Shown piece by piece: positions 63,854 through 64,000 of a stretch of DNA of 64,000 bases. The position numbers were made by a program, and so were the translations under genes. Where the stretch lies: NCBI GenBank assembly GCA_000092065.1, contig CP000587.1; one strand, written 5' to 3'. Position 1 is the stretch's first letter, and each line of letters starts with the position of its first letter. The notes under the pieces were generated by a model. That model ran no database searches, was not told the origin of the DNA, and saw nothing but the letters and a program-made list of their open reading frames with translations. This DNA comes from Ostreococcus lucimarinus (lineage: Eukaryota).

Positions 63854-64000
63854 AGCTACGTCTATTTTCTATCTTCTATTTTAGCGGGCCCGCCGCGCGC
63901 CCGCTCGCCGCGATATCGCACTTCCAACTCTTGCACGTCTTTGCACGACCCCAACGCGGTCTTCATGCCGCGCAACACGCGCTTTCTGATTTCCTCATCC

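Overview
Gene-dense, intron-poor nuclear DNA from a photosynthetic eukaryote. Base composition is extremely GC-rich (about 65-70% in most genes, with GC3 near saturation). The gene content includes light-dependent protochlorophyllide reductase, a RuBisCO-like protein, thylakoid and transit-peptide proteins, WCRKC thioredoxin and an organellar bL21. Together with single-exon giant genes (GCN1, 2609 aa), head-to-head gene pairs with tiny spacers, and convergent pairs with stops 30-60 bp apart, this fits best with a Mamiellales prasinophyte such as Micromonas. That is an inference only; no search was run. I can support about 40 protein-coding genes, 2 tRNA genes (one with an intron) and several tandem repeats. 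Caveat on the supplied ORF track: it opens ORFs at alternative start codons (TTG, GTG) and translates them as M, for example the TTG at 16 and the GTG at 56899. I therefore re-checked the start codons I quote against the nucleotides. Domain calls are from motif recognition by eye, not database hits. The headline observation is a roughly 9.5-kb low-GC island (about 22150-31700, roughly 45-52% GC against 65-70% flanks). It carries three membrane-protein genes. One is a 1948-aa single-ORF megaprotein that fuses an N-terminal polytopic membrane region of about 900 aa, a catalase-fold heme domain, a PLAT domain and a lipoxygenase. The upstream standalone membrane protein looks paralogous to that N-terminal region. 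The other findings are a RuBisCO-like protein with a novel 6x repeated N-terminal motif, an intron-containing tRNA-Asp followed by tRNA-3'-fragment repeats, promoter-embedded TATA-bearing tandem repeats, two GT-AG introns found by hand (bL21 and ACBP), and overlapping divergent start codons.
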